Positions 63,487 to 64,000 of a stretch of DNA of 64,000 nucleotides are shown in pieces (position 1 is the first letter of the stretch; each line of letters begins with the position of its first letter). The stretch comes from a virus (taxonomy: Duplodnaviria; Caudoviricetes): IMG/VR virus record IMGVR_UViG_3300015610_000633, positions 1-64,000 of that record, one strand, 5' to 3'. A program made the translations under genes and the position numbers. Under the pieces are notes generated by a model. The model was not told where the DNA came from. It worked only from the letters and a program-made list of their open reading frames with translations, and searched no databases.

Positions 63487-64000
63487 TCAGATCAACGCTG
63501 ACTCTGCTAGCAGAGTCTCATGTGCATTCACGCTTGGATACATCAAGAACGACAACTTGCATGATGTAACCGCATCGGTGTTTTTGAAGTTCACCGTGTT
63601 CTTGTTGAGTGCAAGTGCGCACTCTTGAGAACTCAACGAGGCGCCTGGTTTATCAACATATTGTCGACCGGTAACGGTACCGGTGAGCGCTTCGGCTTTC
63701 ACGAGCATCAACACCTTGCCCTGATATCGTGTCGGGATCGTTGCTGCGTTTGAAGACACAGTAAGTTCAAGATCTTCAACAAGATCGCCATACACCGGGT
63801 GATAACACACATCAACCAATGTGTAAGCATCGGCGGCTGCTGTAACGATATCCCCATCGGGTGAAACTGCGATCTCACCCGCGCCGGGAATGGTACCCGA
63901 AGCAACAACGGTAAGCGGGCCACATGTACCCGTACCGGTTCGCGCGTATGCGCTCACGATGCTTGCAGCTTTGGCGTTGTTGGGTAGCGCGATTGTGTCG
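63487..64000 (-). CDS. Head-region protein, 5'-truncated by the window edge
   Basis: The frame of ORF 63487..63957 stays open to the window end (DTIALPNNAKAASIVSAY...). Confidence 0.55.
   Translation of the reverse strand, partial: DTIALPNNAKAASIVSAYARTGTGTCGPLTVVASGTIPGAGEIAVSPDGDIVTAAADAYTLVDVCYHPVYGDLVEDLELTVSSNAATIPTRYQGKVLMLVKAEALTGTVTGRQYVDKPGASLSSQECALALNKNTVNFKNTDAVTSCKLSFLMYPSVNAHETLLAESALI

Noticed and set aside
1-64000. tRNA or tmRNA genes
   Set aside because: The few intergenic gaps (22.4-22.5, 32.9-33.3, 42.56-42.64, 62.4-62.55 kb) show no cloverleaf or T-loop GTTCRA/CCA arrangement by eye. tRNAscan-SE would be decisive.

Overview
This 64 kb window is part of a tailed dsDNA phage genome with a contractile tail (myovirus morphotype) and about 48% GC by eye. 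Almost every gene is on the minus strand, so the genome reads right to left. The order is: head genes (scaffold, major capsid), neck, sheath, tube, frameshifted tail chaperone, tape measure, baseplate and fibres, class II ribonucleotide reductase, then a non-coding origin-like region at about 32.9-33.3 kb flanked by the only plus-strand gene. The replication/recombination block follows: MTase-SNF2 fusion, SF2, DnaB-like and UvrD helicases, primase, sigma factor, PolB, UvsY-like, SSB-like, RecA, SbcCD and a resolvase. A ParB/cupin/PAPS-reductase (IbrAB-like) cassette, ThyX and a GH25 endolysin end the window. No integrase, terminase, portal, tRNA or CRISPR array is visible; terminase and portal probably lie beyond the right edge. 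The strongest unexplained signals are five. (1) Sixteen copies of a 20-bp near-perfect palindrome, ACGTCTACCCGGTTAGACGT, lie every 1.5-7.5 kb, either just upstream of start codons or in frame inside protein linkers. (2) AATT and TTAA are almost absent. (3) The three-ParB + PAPS-reductase + cupin cassette may modify DNA. (4) PolB carries a clamp-binding motif plus a DnaE-like C-terminal domain. (5) The origin-like region holds two opposed G-quadruplex motifs, a GATCT array and a 38-bp alternating purine/pyrimidine tract. All family assignments come from recognising motifs by eye; no database search was run.
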